Source: an uncultured virus (IMG/VR IMGVR_UViG_3300022555_000042)
Taxonomy: Duplodnaviria > Heunggongvirae > Uroviricota > Caudoviricetes
Direction: 5' to 3' (one strand)
Length of the DNA stretch: 20,000 bases
IMG/VR virus record: IMGVR_UViG_3300022555_000042
Both the position numbers and the translations under genes were made by a program. The notes beneath the pieces are model-generated. The model worked only from the letters and a program-made list of their open reading frames with translations, ran no database searches and was not told the origin of the DNA. Within the stretch, counting starts at the first letter, position 1; each line of letters opens with the position of its first letter. Shown here one piece after another: positions 1 to 7,091 of this stretch.

Positions 1-71
1 GGAATTGGCAGACGCGCCGGTCTTAGGAGCCGGTGGTGAAAACCGTGCAGGTTCGACTCCTGCCGGGGGCA
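1..71 (+). tRNA. tRNA-Leu(TAG), 5' end outside window
   Basis: D-loop GGAATTGGCAGACGCG, anticodon arm CCGGT-CTTAGGA-GCCGG, long variable arm, T arm GCAGG-TTCGACT-CCTGC, discriminator A, no CCA. Confidence 0.93.
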
Positions 72-87
72 TTGGGAGGCGTCGGGT

Positions 88-363
88 ATGCATCCGGATA
101 AGGTAAGGATAGTGGCGGTCAAACACGCCAGGATTCTGGATGCCGCCGCCGACCCAACTGCTGAAGATGTCTGCTTCCTGGTGAAGGTTAGGGACGAGGA
201 GGTTCTGGTCAGGCCGGGGATCGAATGGAGAGTGATGGAGGTGTGGCCAAACCTTTACGGAGTCAAGCACGAAGGGCTGGAGGAATTAAGAACAACTTAC
301 GTCGATCGGGCTTGTGCTAGCGTGCGGCGATTCATGAAAGACCACCTTAAAAAGAGCACATGA
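88..363 (+). CDS. hypothetical phage protein
   Basis: 91-aa ORF with GGAGG upstream; ATGA overlap with next ORF. Confidence 0.7.
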   Translation: MHPDKVRIVAVKHARILDAAADPTAEDVCFLVKVRDEEVLVRPGIEWRVMEVWPNLYGVKHEGLEELRTTYVDRACASVRRFMKDHLKKST

Positions 364-995
364 TGCAGAACCATGAGACTATCGCCATCACCACTAAGGA
401 GTTTGATGATCTCCTTGAGTACAGTGCATCATTACCCACCGGAACCACTATTGGGAAACGATGGAAAGCCCATCGGGTGCACGATGGCCTGGACTATTGG
501 CTGATGGGTGAATATACACCCCACCTCGATCCAGAGATGGTTGGAATCAAGTGGCGGAAGATCATCGTCAACGAGATCGAGCAGGTCATCGGAGACTATC
601 AGATCGCAGATATCACGAAAATGTACCAGGGCGTGCCACCCCCCAAGTGCATGCAGGACAGCGTTGATTGGTGGTTTATGATCGGGCAGTTTGTTGCTGA
701 ATATAGCTCCCTTCCCGAGGTGCCGGCTCGGATCATCGTTCATGGATTTATGGCTGTAATGGTGGATTATACTCGTTTCCGAGAGGTCAGGTATGAGTAC
801 GCCAATGGGGATTTGATGCTGCTTGACCGAGAGGATTTGAGGATCACGAACGAGTTCGCCAACAAGAACGCGGTGGTGGCGGCATTGGAGTCGGCGATTG
901 CGAATATGGGATCAGCTCCGCGCATAGAGCTGTTGAAATGGCGTCTTCCTGGCGATGCCAGGGAAAGTGAATCGGGGTTCGAAGAAATTCGTTAG
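360..995 (+). CDS. hypothetical phage protein
   Basis: 211-aa ORF coupled to upstream stop; no recognised domain. Confidence 0.75.
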   Translation: MMQNHETIAITTKEFDDLLEYSASLPTGTTIGKRWKAHRVHDGLDYWLMGEYTPHLDPEMVGIKWRKIIVNEIEQVIGDYQIADITKMYQGVPPPKCMQDSVDWWFMIGQFVAEYSSLPEVPARIIVHGFMAVMVDYTRFREVRYEYANGDLMLLDREDLRITNEFANKNAVVAALESAIANMGSAPRIELLKWRLPGDARESESGFEEIR

Positions 996-1540
996 ACTCT
1001 ATCTAATTTGAAACCGGGAAACCGCAATTCTGGTGTTATGGTAATCTGCTGCACCAGTAGCGATGATGGTATTAGCCACGAGTTCTTATTCTGATCGAAC
1101 AGAAAGAAATAATCGACGTCGTCCAAGCTATATTGCACTTTTTCTCTGGTGCCATTACCCCACTGACGATGGAACACATTGAATATGAAATTGCCGCTGG
1201 GGTTGGCCAAGCCGGACGATTTTATCTGTACTCTCCTCCAGCCAGATCCAAAATCCACTAAGAGGTCATATGGTAGGCTAGCGTGAACTTGCGCCCACTC
1301 GAATCCAGCGAGGTCGCAGCGAAATTTTAAATACGATTCGGCAGCACGATCCAATTTACCATTGCCTCCGAATAGTATTAATGACTTCTCGCCATTTGGG
1401 ACAACCGAAGAGTTGCGTGACAGGCCTAGTCTCATTAACTGCCTGGACACAGTGGCGTGGTGCTTGTAGCCCAATGTTCTCGCTATTTTGCGAGCGCCAA
1501 GCCCCATTTTGAATAATTCGATAATTCGCTGGTCTTGCAT
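992..1540 (-). CDS. free-standing PD-(D/E)XK endonuclease (PDDEXK_5 / I-Ssp6803I-like) with N-terminal HTH
   Basis: HTH IIELFKMGLGARKIARTLG; catalytic pattern AAE...PYDLLVD...RVQIKS...YSLDDVDYF; start moved to MQDQ because the track start at 1576 lies in the tRNA. Confidence 0.82.
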   Translation of the reverse strand: MQDQRIIELFKMGLGARKIARTLGYKHHATVSRQLMRLGLSRNSSVVPNGEKSLILFGGNGKLDRAAESYLKFRCDLAGFEWAQVHASLPYDLLVDFGSGWRRVQIKSSGLANPSGNFIFNVFHRQWGNGTREKVQYSLDDVDYFFLFDQNKNSWLIPSSLLVQQITITPELRFPGFKLDRV

Positions 1541-1568
1541 ACACATTAGATTTGATCGGAATACATTC

Positions 1569-1649
1569 GCTCTCATGGCGGAATTGGCATACGCAGCGGT
1601 TTCAGATACCGTGCCGAATGGCTTGCAGGTTCGACTCCTGCTGAGAGCA
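1569..1649 (+). tRNA. tRNA-Leu(CAG)
   Basis: Acceptor GCTCTCA/TGAGAGC, anticodon arm GCGGT-TTCAGAT-ACCGT, variable arm, GGTTCGACTCC. Confidence 0.95.
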
Positions 1650-2027
1650 TTAGAATTTTTGTTGCTGCATCTGCGTCCTGATATCCCCGAGCCTTAGAAT
1701 GTTCTGATGGAGTTTATCATCAATGACCTTCGGAGGGGTCGGGCGGGCCACTGGTGCCATGGGAATGGTGGTGGGCGGGGTTGGGACCTTGGCGGCTACC
1801 TTCTGTAGTTCATCTTCTTTGGCTTTGAGAGCCTCAAAGGCCGTCTCGATGTCGGAGATGCCCCGGATCATTTGGATCTTGGTATTTGCGACCTCGATGG
1901 AGACGTTCGAGGATTTGAAGAAAACCCACATTAGGCCGCTAGTGACCACCAGGATGGAGAAGCTGACCACATACCAGAAGATCTTGGGGATACCAGTCTC
2001 GGTGAAAGCGTCTTTAATAACACCCAT
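1650..2027 (-). CDS. membrane-anchored hypothetical protein with coiled coil
   Basis: AAGGAG RBS before ATG at 2027; one TM segment (IFWYVVSFSILVVTSGLMWVFF), heptad region, Pro-rich linker. Confidence 0.75.
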   Translation of the reverse strand: MGVIKDAFTETGIPKIFWYVVSFSILVVTSGLMWVFFKSSNVSIEVANTKIQMIRGISDIETAFEALKAKEDELQKVAAKVPTPPTTIPMAPVARPTPPKVIDDKLHQNILRLGDIRTQMQQQKF

Positions 2028-2039
2028 GTTTAACTCCTT

Positions 2040-2113
2040 GCACTCGTAGCACAATTGGATAGTGCTTCTGACTACGAATCAGAGGGTTGCAGGTTCGAGT
2101 CCTGCCGAGTGCA
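2040..2113 (+). tRNA. tRNA-Arg(ACG)
   Basis: Acceptor GCACTCG/CGAGTGC, anticodon arm TCTGA-CTACGAA-TCAGA, GGTTCGAGTCC. Confidence 0.96.
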
Positions 2114-2534
2114 TTTGTGAAGGTTTGTGGAACACATACTCAAAGTTCTCAGCGTAGTCGTGGGCGTGGATGCGGTCCCGCACCAAGAGTGGGTCCCGCA
2201 GAGCCTTTAGAAACTCTTCCTTCCCCAGGCCGACGATGTGGGCGGTGACATCCCAGAAGCTGTCGTCGCCGATGTTCCAGAATCCGTGAGGCTGGCCGAT
2301 GATCTCGGCGTAGGCGTCTAGGGCACCTTGGAGGGTTCGCCGCTTGGTTTTGGCGAAGGCTTCTAGGCGGACAAGTTCTTCTTCGGGGACCCGTTGCTGG
2401 AGGGCGATAGCCAATTCGGTTCGGTCGGCTCCCTTGCACCATCCGATTTCCTTGATGAGATTCCACCAGTAGGCATCCCCACGGGCGTAGGATGGTTGAG
2501 GCACTGGGACAGTTGGAACCGCTATTTCTGACAT
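2079..2534 (-). CDS. DUF4240-like protein
   Basis: YWWNLI...DDSFWDVTAHIVGLGKEEFLKALRDP resembles the DUF4240 pattern as recalled; last codons overlap the tRNA-Arg antisense. Confidence 0.65.
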   Translation of the reverse strand: MSEIAVPTVPVPQPSYARGDAYWWNLIKEIGWCKGADRTELAIALQQRVPEEELVRLEAFAKTKRRTLQGALDAYAEIIGQPHGFWNIGDDSFWDVTAHIVGLGKEEFLKALRDPLLVRDRIHAHDYAENFEYVFHKPSQMHSAGLEPATL

Positions 2535-2535
2535 G

Positions 2536-2865
2536 TTATTCTCCGCCCAATAAGATGATTGCTACGGTGGCGAGTACAAGACCCAACCACTGATACCATT
2601 CTAATTTTTCTCTAAAGACTACAATGCCGATAATGGCGGTGGTGAGAACCGCCAGTACGGACCAGACGATGCCCACCACGGCCAGCTTGTTATATTCTTT
2701 AATGGCAGGAAGCCATAGGACCGAGCAGGCCACGTAGCAGACTACTGCGAGAGGGATGTAATACCATTTGGAGTTATTGGCCCACAATTTGGAGCAGATT
2801 TCGCCGCACGCGAAGGCTGCGGCTGAGGAGAGCAACCACCAGAACCAATGGTATTGTAGGATCAT
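2536..2865 (-). CDS. SMR/DMT-family small membrane transporter (EmrE-like)
   Basis: ~109 aa, four hydrophobic helices, Glu in TM1, C-terminal GIVVFREKL..QWLGLVLA motif. Confidence 0.8.
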   Translation of the reverse strand: MILQYHWFWWLLSSAAAFACGEICSKLWANNSKWYYIPLAVVCYVACSVLWLPAIKEYNKLAVVGIVWSVLAVLTTAIIGIVVFREKLEWYQWLGLVLATVAIILLGGE

Positions 2866-2917
2866 GCGATATTTACCGCCAGGTGCGCCGCGCCACACAA
2901 CACTAATACAGTGAGAT

Positions 2918-3229
2918 ATGGATAGTCGTCACTACATCCTCAAAGGCCACAAGCCCAAAGCTGTAGGTTTGTACGAATGGGCCGAGTGGTTTGAGACCCA
3001 CAAAGTGGAACGAGTGGTGGCTCAGCACACGATCAAGGGGCACTCCGTTTCAACGGTATTCTTGGGCTTAGATCACAATTTCTCGAAGGGTGGCCCTCCC
3101 ATCCTTTTTGAGACGATGATCTTTGGTCCGAAGGGTGAGGAAATGTGTAAGCGGTATGCAACTTGGGAGGAGGCTGAGGAGGGGCATGCTGGTTTGGTGA
3201 TGGCTTTAGAAGGGTGTGATCCAGAGTGA
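2918..3229 (+). CDS. conserved hypothetical phage protein
   Basis: 103 aa with VSTVFLGLDHNF...PILFETMIF motif seen in phage hypotheticals. Confidence 0.8.
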   Translation: MDSRHYILKGHKPKAVGLYEWAEWFETHKVERVVAQHTIKGHSVSTVFLGLDHNFSKGGPPILFETMIFGPKGEEMCKRYATWEEAEEGHAGLVMALEGCDPE

Positions 3230-3230
3230 T

Positions 3231-3254
3231 GCCGCCGTAGCTCAATGGCAGAGC
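3231..3254 (+). pseudogene. 5' fragment of an ancestral tRNA-Thr (acceptor 5' strand plus D arm)
   Basis: GCCGCCGTAGCTCAATGGCAGAGC, 23/24 identical to 3261-3284 but with the canonical D-loop GG. Confidence 0.85.
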
Positions 3255-3260
3255 CGGACT

Positions 3261-3332
3261 GCCGCCGTAGCTCAATAGCAGAGCTCCCGTCTTGTACACG
3301 GGTGGTTGTAGGTGCGAATCCTACCGGTGGCT
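3261..3332 (+). tRNA. tRNA-Thr(TGT), non-canonical A18/G55
   Basis: Acceptor GCCGCCG/CGGTGGC, anticodon arm CCCGT-CTTGTAC-ACGGG, T arm GTAGG-TGCGAAT-CCTAC. Confidence 0.9.
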
Positions 3333-3368
3333 ATTCTATGCAAACATAATGTTTTAATCGAGGGTTCG

Positions 3369-4106
3369 ATGAGTTATGTTAGCACACAACGATGGCGAGT
3401 TAAGGCAAAACAGTGGCTCGTCAAGTACAGTGGGGGTAAATGTCAGTCATGTGGATATGATAAATATCACGGCAACTTTGCATGGCACCATTTGCGAGAT
3501 AAAAAGGCAGCCATGGCTAGGTTGATTAATAAGTGCTCATCGTGGAATGATATTATTGAGGAGGCGGATAAATGCGTGATGGTCTGTCATAATTGTCATG
3601 GTGAGATTCACGCTGGTATTAGGGCATGTCCAGAAGTTAATGTTGATAATCGCAAGGTGGCGATGGCAGCCATTGGGCCTCAGAGACCAATCCCAACTAG
3701 CCATAAATTCACATATTGCCACGAGTGCGGGAGGCCAACCAAGGGCAATAAATTCTGTTCATGGAAATGTCAATGCCAGTATGCCAATAAAATAAAGTGG
3801 CCTGATGACCTCGCTGGCTTGGTTGCGAACGAGACAATAGAAGTAGTCGCCGATAAGATGGGCATATCACCAGTGCTTGTTAACAAACGATTGCACGCCA
3901 AGAGGTGCAGGTGTGGCAAGCTAATGAGGCGTGGGAATACATGCCGCGAGTGTGCCCTTATTAAACGGGAGAAAATTACTTGGCCAGATAATCTCCCAGA
4001 GCTAATAAAGAATTCATCGTATCGGGCTGTCGCAATATCATTGGGTGTTTCAGACAAAGCTGTCGCAAAAAGGATAAAGAACCATTATGGGACGTTACAC
4101 GTATGA
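3369..4106 (+). CDS. HNH homing-type endonuclease with two C-terminal Zn-finger/HTH modules
   Basis: GGKCQSCGYD...WHH...KCVMVCHNCHGEIH; two repeats of Cys cluster + WPDxLxxL...HTH; track start 3312 lies in the tRNA so the ATG at 3369 is used. Confidence 0.88.
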   Translation: MSYVSTQRWRVKAKQWLVKYSGGKCQSCGYDKYHGNFAWHHLRDKKAAMARLINKCSSWNDIIEEADKCVMVCHNCHGEIHAGIRACPEVNVDNRKVAMAAIGPQRPIPTSHKFTYCHECGRPTKGNKFCSWKCQCQYANKIKWPDDLAGLVANETIEVVADKMGISPVLVNKRLHAKRCRCGKLMRRGNTCRECALIKREKITWPDNLPELIKNSSYRAVAISLGVSDKAVAKRIKNHYGTLHV

Positions 4107-4509
4107 GGTTCTAGGGATTGTGGGACTGCGGCCTATGCGTCCGCCGACCATTTTTGATTTAATGACTGACGCAATAACCACAGAACTTGATCGTGAATGC
4201 TTTGCGGGGATCGGTACATTGCCAGACGCATCAGACAAATGGCCGAATAAGTGGTATGTTTCTGATGCTGTGGAATCGCCAGGCAGTAAGCCGGTGTTCC
4301 ATGTCCGGGTTAAACCTGCCACCTGGGCATTTAGTAGAACAGGAACTAGAGAGTTTTTCTACGATGGCAATGGGGTCTATGAGGGTCTATGGGAGCACGG
4401 AATGCTGGTGACTAATCGGTCGTATGTAAAAGTATTCAAGAGCACCCGGAAAGAACTAAAGGAAGCTGTTGATGCTTGGACAAGAGAGCAGAATCTTTCC
4501 CTCGAATGA
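4087..4509 (+). CDS. hypothetical protein
   Basis: 140-aa ORF; true start may be internal. Confidence 0.6.
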   Translation: MGRYTYEVLGIVGLRPMRPPTIFDLMTDAITTELDRECFAGIGTLPDASDKWPNKWYVSDAVESPGSKPVFHVRVKPATWAFSRTGTREFFYDGNGVYEGLWEHGMLVTNRSYVKVFKSTRKELKEAVDAWTREQNLSLE

Positions 4510-4714
4510 ACTCCACTTCGAACTGGGCCAAAAATATCATCGGATGATCCGGGGGAGTATAGACAAGGCCACTTTTGTGGTGATCGTCTCTGAGAAGTTA
4601 CACTCGCCTATTTTAGAGGTGTATACTGTCACTGGGGATGAGTTGCTGGCAAAGTTCGGAGCTGCGATTTGGGGGCGGGCAGAGGTTTTGGCTTACCCCA
4701 ATGGGTTTAAGTAA
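4469..4714 (+). CDS. hypothetical protein (start uncertain)
   Basis: Fills the gap before tRNA-Leu(CAA); no motif. Confidence 0.4.
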   Translation: MMLGQESRIFPSNELHFELGQKYHRMIRGSIDKATFVVIVSEKLHSPILEVYTVTGDELLAKFGAAIWGRAEVLAYPNGFK

Positions 4715-4721
4715 AAATATC

Positions 4722-4803
4722 GCGGGTATGGTGGAATTGGCAGACACGCTAGTCTCAAGAACTAGTGGCGCAAGCCGTGCAGGTTCGACTCCTGCTATCC
4801 GCA
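4722..4803 (+). tRNA. tRNA-Leu(CAA)
   Basis: Acceptor GCGGGTA/TATCCGC, anticodon arm CTAGT-CTCAAGA-ACTAG, variable arm GGC-GCAA-GCC. Confidence 0.96.
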
Positions 4804-4844
4804 TTCCGGGTTATGCGCTGGCCACGAGCGTGATCGTGGCATTC

Positions 4845-4919
4845 GACCTCGTAGCTCAGTTGGATTAGAGCATCTGCCTTCTAAGCAGAGGGTCGTGGGT
4901 TCGAGCCCCACCGGGGTCA
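4845..4919 (+). tRNA. tRNA-Arg(TCT)
   Basis: Acceptor GACCTCG/CGGGGTC, anticodon arm TCTGC-CTTCTAA-GCAGA, GGTTCGAGCCC. Confidence 0.96.
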
Positions 4920-4921
4920 TT

Positions 4922-5209
4922 ATGAAATCAAAGCCCTGTATCAATGGATTTAGCAACCACCTTTACGAGGAGGGAAGGATATGTAAACGATGCGGAACGA
5001 CTAAGCGCGTTTACAAATCTTCATCTAAATGTAATCGCGCCCGTGCTGGGTATGGTCTTGATTATTATGTGCAAGGGTACTACGCATTTGGTAATGGGTT
5101 GAAGCGTGAGGCCAACCCACACCAGGGGGAACGGCGTGAGCAATGGTTTTTAGGGTGGGATGAGGGGAAAGCGGATACGCCCAGGCGTTGGGAAATTAAG
5201 CACCCGTAG
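4922..5209 (+). CDS. small protein with CxxC and Rmf/CrpP-like C-terminal motif
   Basis: YVQGYYAFGNG...NPH....REQWFLGWDEG resembles the ribosome modulation factor fold pattern; stop TAG lies in the tRNA remnant. Confidence 0.6.
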   Translation: MKSKPCINGFSNHLYEEGRICKRCGTTKRVYKSSSKCNRARAGYGLDYYVQGYYAFGNGLKREANPHQGERREQWFLGWDEGKADTPRRWEIKHP

Positions 5210-5227
5210 TCCAATTGGATAGGGCAC
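5200..5227 (+). pseudogene. 5' half of interrupted tRNA-Arg(TCG)
   Basis: GCACCCG-TA-GTCC-AATTGGATA-GGGC-A; GCACCCG pairs perfectly with CGGGTGC at 5972-5978. Confidence 0.85.
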
Positions 5228-5290
5228 ACTTTTCTGGTTCTATCTTAGTGTAGCCCAATTGGATAGAGTACTTAGTGTCAAATATAGTAT

Positions 5291-5872
5291 ATGAAAACAT
5301 GCAAATGTGGCGCTACGTTTCCGAATTGGATGACAATAGATGGCAAGCTCCATAATTTGGGTAGTCGAGTTCGGTGCCTTGATTGTCAGCCATTCAAGTC
5401 GCCCCGCCCCACTTGCTCTGTCGAGAATTTTAGGGCTAGGAAACGTAATAATACCCGCAATTGGCGCGATAAATTTGTAGAGGCGCATGGCGCTGACCCA
5501 GCTAATTTAATCCGAAGTAGGAATCGGCGAGCAATCCTTTGTTTAATTGGGTATAGATGCCAAAAGTGTGGCTATGATAAAACCATAACCAACATTGTGT
5601 TCCATCATCTTAAAGATAAGTCGTTTGAGTTGGGAAATAAAGCGTTTGGGCACCAATTCAAGAAGATTATTGCGGAACTTAGGAAATGTGTCGCTTATTG
5701 CCACAATTGTCATGGTGAATATCACCGTGGCCTAATTGACGATAAGATAGTTATAGATCATAATTGCCAATTAAATAAGGCTATTGATACAATATGTAAT
5801 TGCGGCGATTGGCTTGTGGTTCTTGATAAATTAAAACTTCCGCGAGATTACACTCTCCCTATGCGTCCCTGA
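5291..5872 (+). CDS. HNH homing-type endonuclease
   Basis: N-terminal CxC...CxxC; YRCQKCGYDK...VFHH...KCVAYCHNCHGEYH; same subfamily as 3369..4106. Confidence 0.88.
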   Translation: MKTCKCGATFPNWMTIDGKLHNLGSRVRCLDCQPFKSPRPTCSVENFRARKRNNTRNWRDKFVEAHGADPANLIRSRNRRAILCLIGYRCQKCGYDKTITNIVFHHLKDKSFELGNKAFGHQFKKIIAELRKCVAYCHNCHGEYHRGLIDDKIVIDHNCQLNKAIDTICNCGDWLVVLDKLKLPRDYTLPMRP

Positions 5873-5938
5873 TGCTCAATTGGATGGGCACCACTTTCCG
5901 AAGGTGGTATTTTGTGGGTTCGAATCCCACCAGGGACA
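5865..5938 (+). tRNA. tRNA-Arg(CCG), divergent (A8)
   Basis: Acceptor GTCCCTG/CAGGGAC, anticodon arm CCACT-TTCCGAA-GGTGG, T arm GTGGG-TTCGAAT-CCCAC. Confidence 0.9.
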
Positions 5939-5979
5939 TTCGAAGCTGGGTTGTGCGAGTTCGAGTCTCGCCGGGTGCA
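5939..5979 (+). pseudogene. 3' half of interrupted tRNA-Arg(TCG)
   Basis: T-TCG-AA-GCTGG-GTTGT-GCGAG-TTCGAGT-CTCGC-CGGGTGC-A: anticodon, 3' anticodon strand, complete T arm, acceptor 3' strand. Confidence 0.88.
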
Positions 5980-6219
5980 TTAGACAGTGGGTGAGGGGGC
6001 GGACATTTGGTGGTATTCTTCGTGACGTTTGCGATACCCCTCCGCTCCACCATTCTTAATATAGTATTTAAGGAGGATTTCTGGGTCTGAGACGTTGTAT
6101 CCCATGGCTTGGGAGCAGTACCACCGGTTGACCTCTCCGAGAGCTTCTTCGACTTGCTGCTGTAAGTGGTTTTGAAGTTCTGGCGGCGTCATATTCTCGT
6201 ACAATACGGCGATCTTCAT
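5980..6219 (-). CDS. hypothetical protein
   Basis: MKIAVLYE... 79 aa; stop abuts the tRNA remnant. Confidence 0.65.
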   Translation of the reverse strand: MKIAVLYENMTPPELQNHLQQQVEEALGEVNRWYCSQAMGYNVSDPEILLKYYIKNGGAEGYRKRHEEYHQMSAPSPTV

Positions 6220-6333
6220 ACCGGACTTTTGAATTATGTGGTATTTGCCGCTGCTGCCGCTGGACAGCACGGGCGGCCAGCAGCGAGGTAAGCCCACCGA
6301 TGAATAAATATAAGTAGGAGTTGTTGACTAATC

Positions 6334-6417
6334 GCTCGGGTGGCGAAATTGGCAGACGCGCAAGCTTGAGGTGCTTGTGGCCGCAAGGTCTTGCAGGTTC
6401 GACTCCTGTCCCGAGCA
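6334..6417 (+). tRNA. tRNA-Leu(GAG)
   Basis: Acceptor GCTCGGG/CCCGAGC, anticodon arm CAAGC-TTGAGGT-GCTTG, variable arm. Confidence 0.96.
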
Positions 6418-6431
6418 TTAAGGAGGTTATC

Positions 6432-7055
6432 ATGACTGCCGTATTATCAGAGCCTGTTCTGATCCTGAACCGCAACTATGTGGCGCAAGATTTCGTCACG
6501 GCGCGGAAGGCTGTCAACCTGCTCATGCAGGGTCGGGCCGAGGCCCTAGATATCGAAGGCGAAGAGCCTAATCGCAAGTACTTCACCTACGATTTCGAGT
6601 CCTGGAAGGAGCTGAGTGAGTTCAAGGCTGAGTTCGAGCGGGAGCAGCACATCTGGCTCCGGACCGTCAACCGGCACATCGCAGTCCCCTCCATTCTGCG
6701 GCTGACCCACTATGGGGAGTATCGGCGTCGGAAGGTTAAGCTCAACCGGCACAACCTCTTTGCGCGGGATGGCTTCCGGTGCCAGTACTGCGGCAAGAAG
6801 TTTAAGTCTTCGGATTTGACTTTGGACCACGTTATCCCCAAGAGCCGGGGCGGCAAGCTGGAGTGGCACAACCTGGTTTGTGCATGTGTAGCTTGCAATA
6901 CGCGCAAGTCCGCTCGGACGCCTCGGGAAGCCGGGATGCGGTTGGTGCGGGAGCCGAAGGCTCCGCCTTACCAGTTCCCCATCCCCAGAGTGCAGCGCGC
7001 CTCTTGGGCACATTTTGTGGATGTGGCTTACTGGCTTACGACTCTCCAAGAGTAA
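6432..7055 (+). CDS. HNH endonuclease (McrA-like / COG1403-type, VLILNxxY family)
   Basis: AAGGAGG RBS; VLILNRNY...RHNLFARDGFRCQYCG...LTLDHVIPKSRGG...WHNLVCACVACNTRK. Confidence 0.93.
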   Translation: MTAVLSEPVLILNRNYVAQDFVTARKAVNLLMQGRAEALDIEGEEPNRKYFTYDFESWKELSEFKAEFEREQHIWLRTVNRHIAVPSILRLTHYGEYRRRKVKLNRHNLFARDGFRCQYCGKKFKSSDLTLDHVIPKSRGGKLEWHNLVCACVACNTRKSARTPREAGMRLVREPKAPPYQFPIPRVQRASWAHFVDVAYWLTTLQE

Positions 7056-7091
7056 TTTGTTGATGTGGCATACTGGAATCAAATATAGAGC

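Noticed and set aside
3231..3290. CRISPR-like repeat
   Set aside because: Only two copies, tRNA-derived, with a 6-nt spacer and no cas genes.
5228..5938. Group I intron in tRNA-Arg(TCG)
   Set aside because: No recognisable catalytic core or room for one, the insert does not end in G, and the 5' anticodon strand is missing.
5200..5979. Integrase-mediated island with attL/attR in a tRNA
   Set aside because: No integrase in the window, and the flanks are complementary halves of one tRNA, not a duplicated att core.
3312..6431. ORF-track starts at 3312, 4895 and 6321 (also 1576, 2054, 15028)
   Set aside because: These extensions start in or run through tRNA genes; downstream ATGs with RBS or promoter motif are more plausible.
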